DNA of 64,000 nucleotides. It comes from Octopus sinensis. Lineage: Eukaryota. Below are positions 63,450-64,000 of the stretch, one piece after another (within the stretch, counting starts at the first letter, position 1; the number at the start of each line of letters is the position of its first letter). Under the pieces are notes generated by a model, which made no database searches, was not told the origin of the DNA, and worked only from the letters and a program-made list of their open reading frames with translations. The position numbers and the translations under genes were made by a program. The stretch is from contig NC_042998.1 of the NCBI RefSeq assembly GCF_006345805.1, forward strand, positions 158,224,001-158,288,000, in the 5' to 3' direction.

Positions 63450-63900
63450 TAGGACACGATATTACAAAATCCGTCGGAAGGATAACTCCGAGGACAAAGA
63501 AATAAGAACCCACAATATGGTAGAAGTCATAGCCACTCATAATAAAAAGGAGTACTGGTGGAATGTCCTAGCGAATACCTCAATAAAATGTAAATACAAT
63601 AGACCTGATATAATGATTTAGGATTAGAAAGAGAAACTGTGTACAGTGGTGGAAATCAGCTGCCCAGCAGATATTAACATAGTTGAAAATCAGTGAAAAA
63701 GAGAATAACAAATCTGCAGTTACTCTATCGGGATTACGAGTAATCTATAATTATTGGGGCACTGGTTTATGTAACACATTGCCTAAATACTAATCTTTAG
63801 GAATTATAAAAAAGACAACTGATTCGAAAACTACAGATCCAATCCATCACTGGAACAGTAAAAATCTGCAAAACTTTCCAGAAGTTTATGATTTAAGTAT
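63450..63900 (+). mobile_element. R4/Dong-type LINE 3' fragment (RLE)
   Basis: EYWWNV..KYNRPDIMI..VVEISCPADIN..IIIGALGYV..LQIQSITGTVKICKTF. Confidence 0.8.
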
Positions 63901-64000
63901 ATATCAGCATGTCTAGATATACAACTAAATGCATGAGAATACATACGTAAAACAAAACAAAATGCAAATCTGCACGTATACAAACATACATACATAACAG

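Overview
Eukaryotic, AT-rich, repeat-saturated 64 kb window with no recognisable host gene. The SINE families and microsatellite load resemble Octopus/coleoid DNA (recalled from memory, not verified). It contains one 100-N gap (31545-31644). Contents: a near-intact Neptune-type Penelope-like element (PLE, 24292-28605); R4/Dong-type RLE LINEs in TAA/TGA triplet repeats; Tx1/L1-type LINEs; CR1 and RTE fragments; a decayed Helitron RepHel plus non-autonomous Helitron ends; Tc1, mariner and MITE elements with TIRs and TA target duplications; four SINE-like families; and many microsatellites. The main result is a set of type I hammerhead ribozymes (HHRs) folded by eye in (TA)n-flanked islands. One ends the coding PLE (28484-28567). 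Three more, each different in sequence, lie in non-coding islands within 4.5 kb (30618-30668 minus, 31705-31782, 32895-32981). A HHR-topology motif with a swapped G3-C8 core sits in a 230-bp palindrome (47888-47936), and a fold-back copy breaks at a HHR cleavage triplet (47475-47531). The PLE ORF (>=999 codons) is broken only by three -1 shifts at or near homopolymer runs and carries two large Asn-rich inserts. All RNA folds and alignments were done manually.
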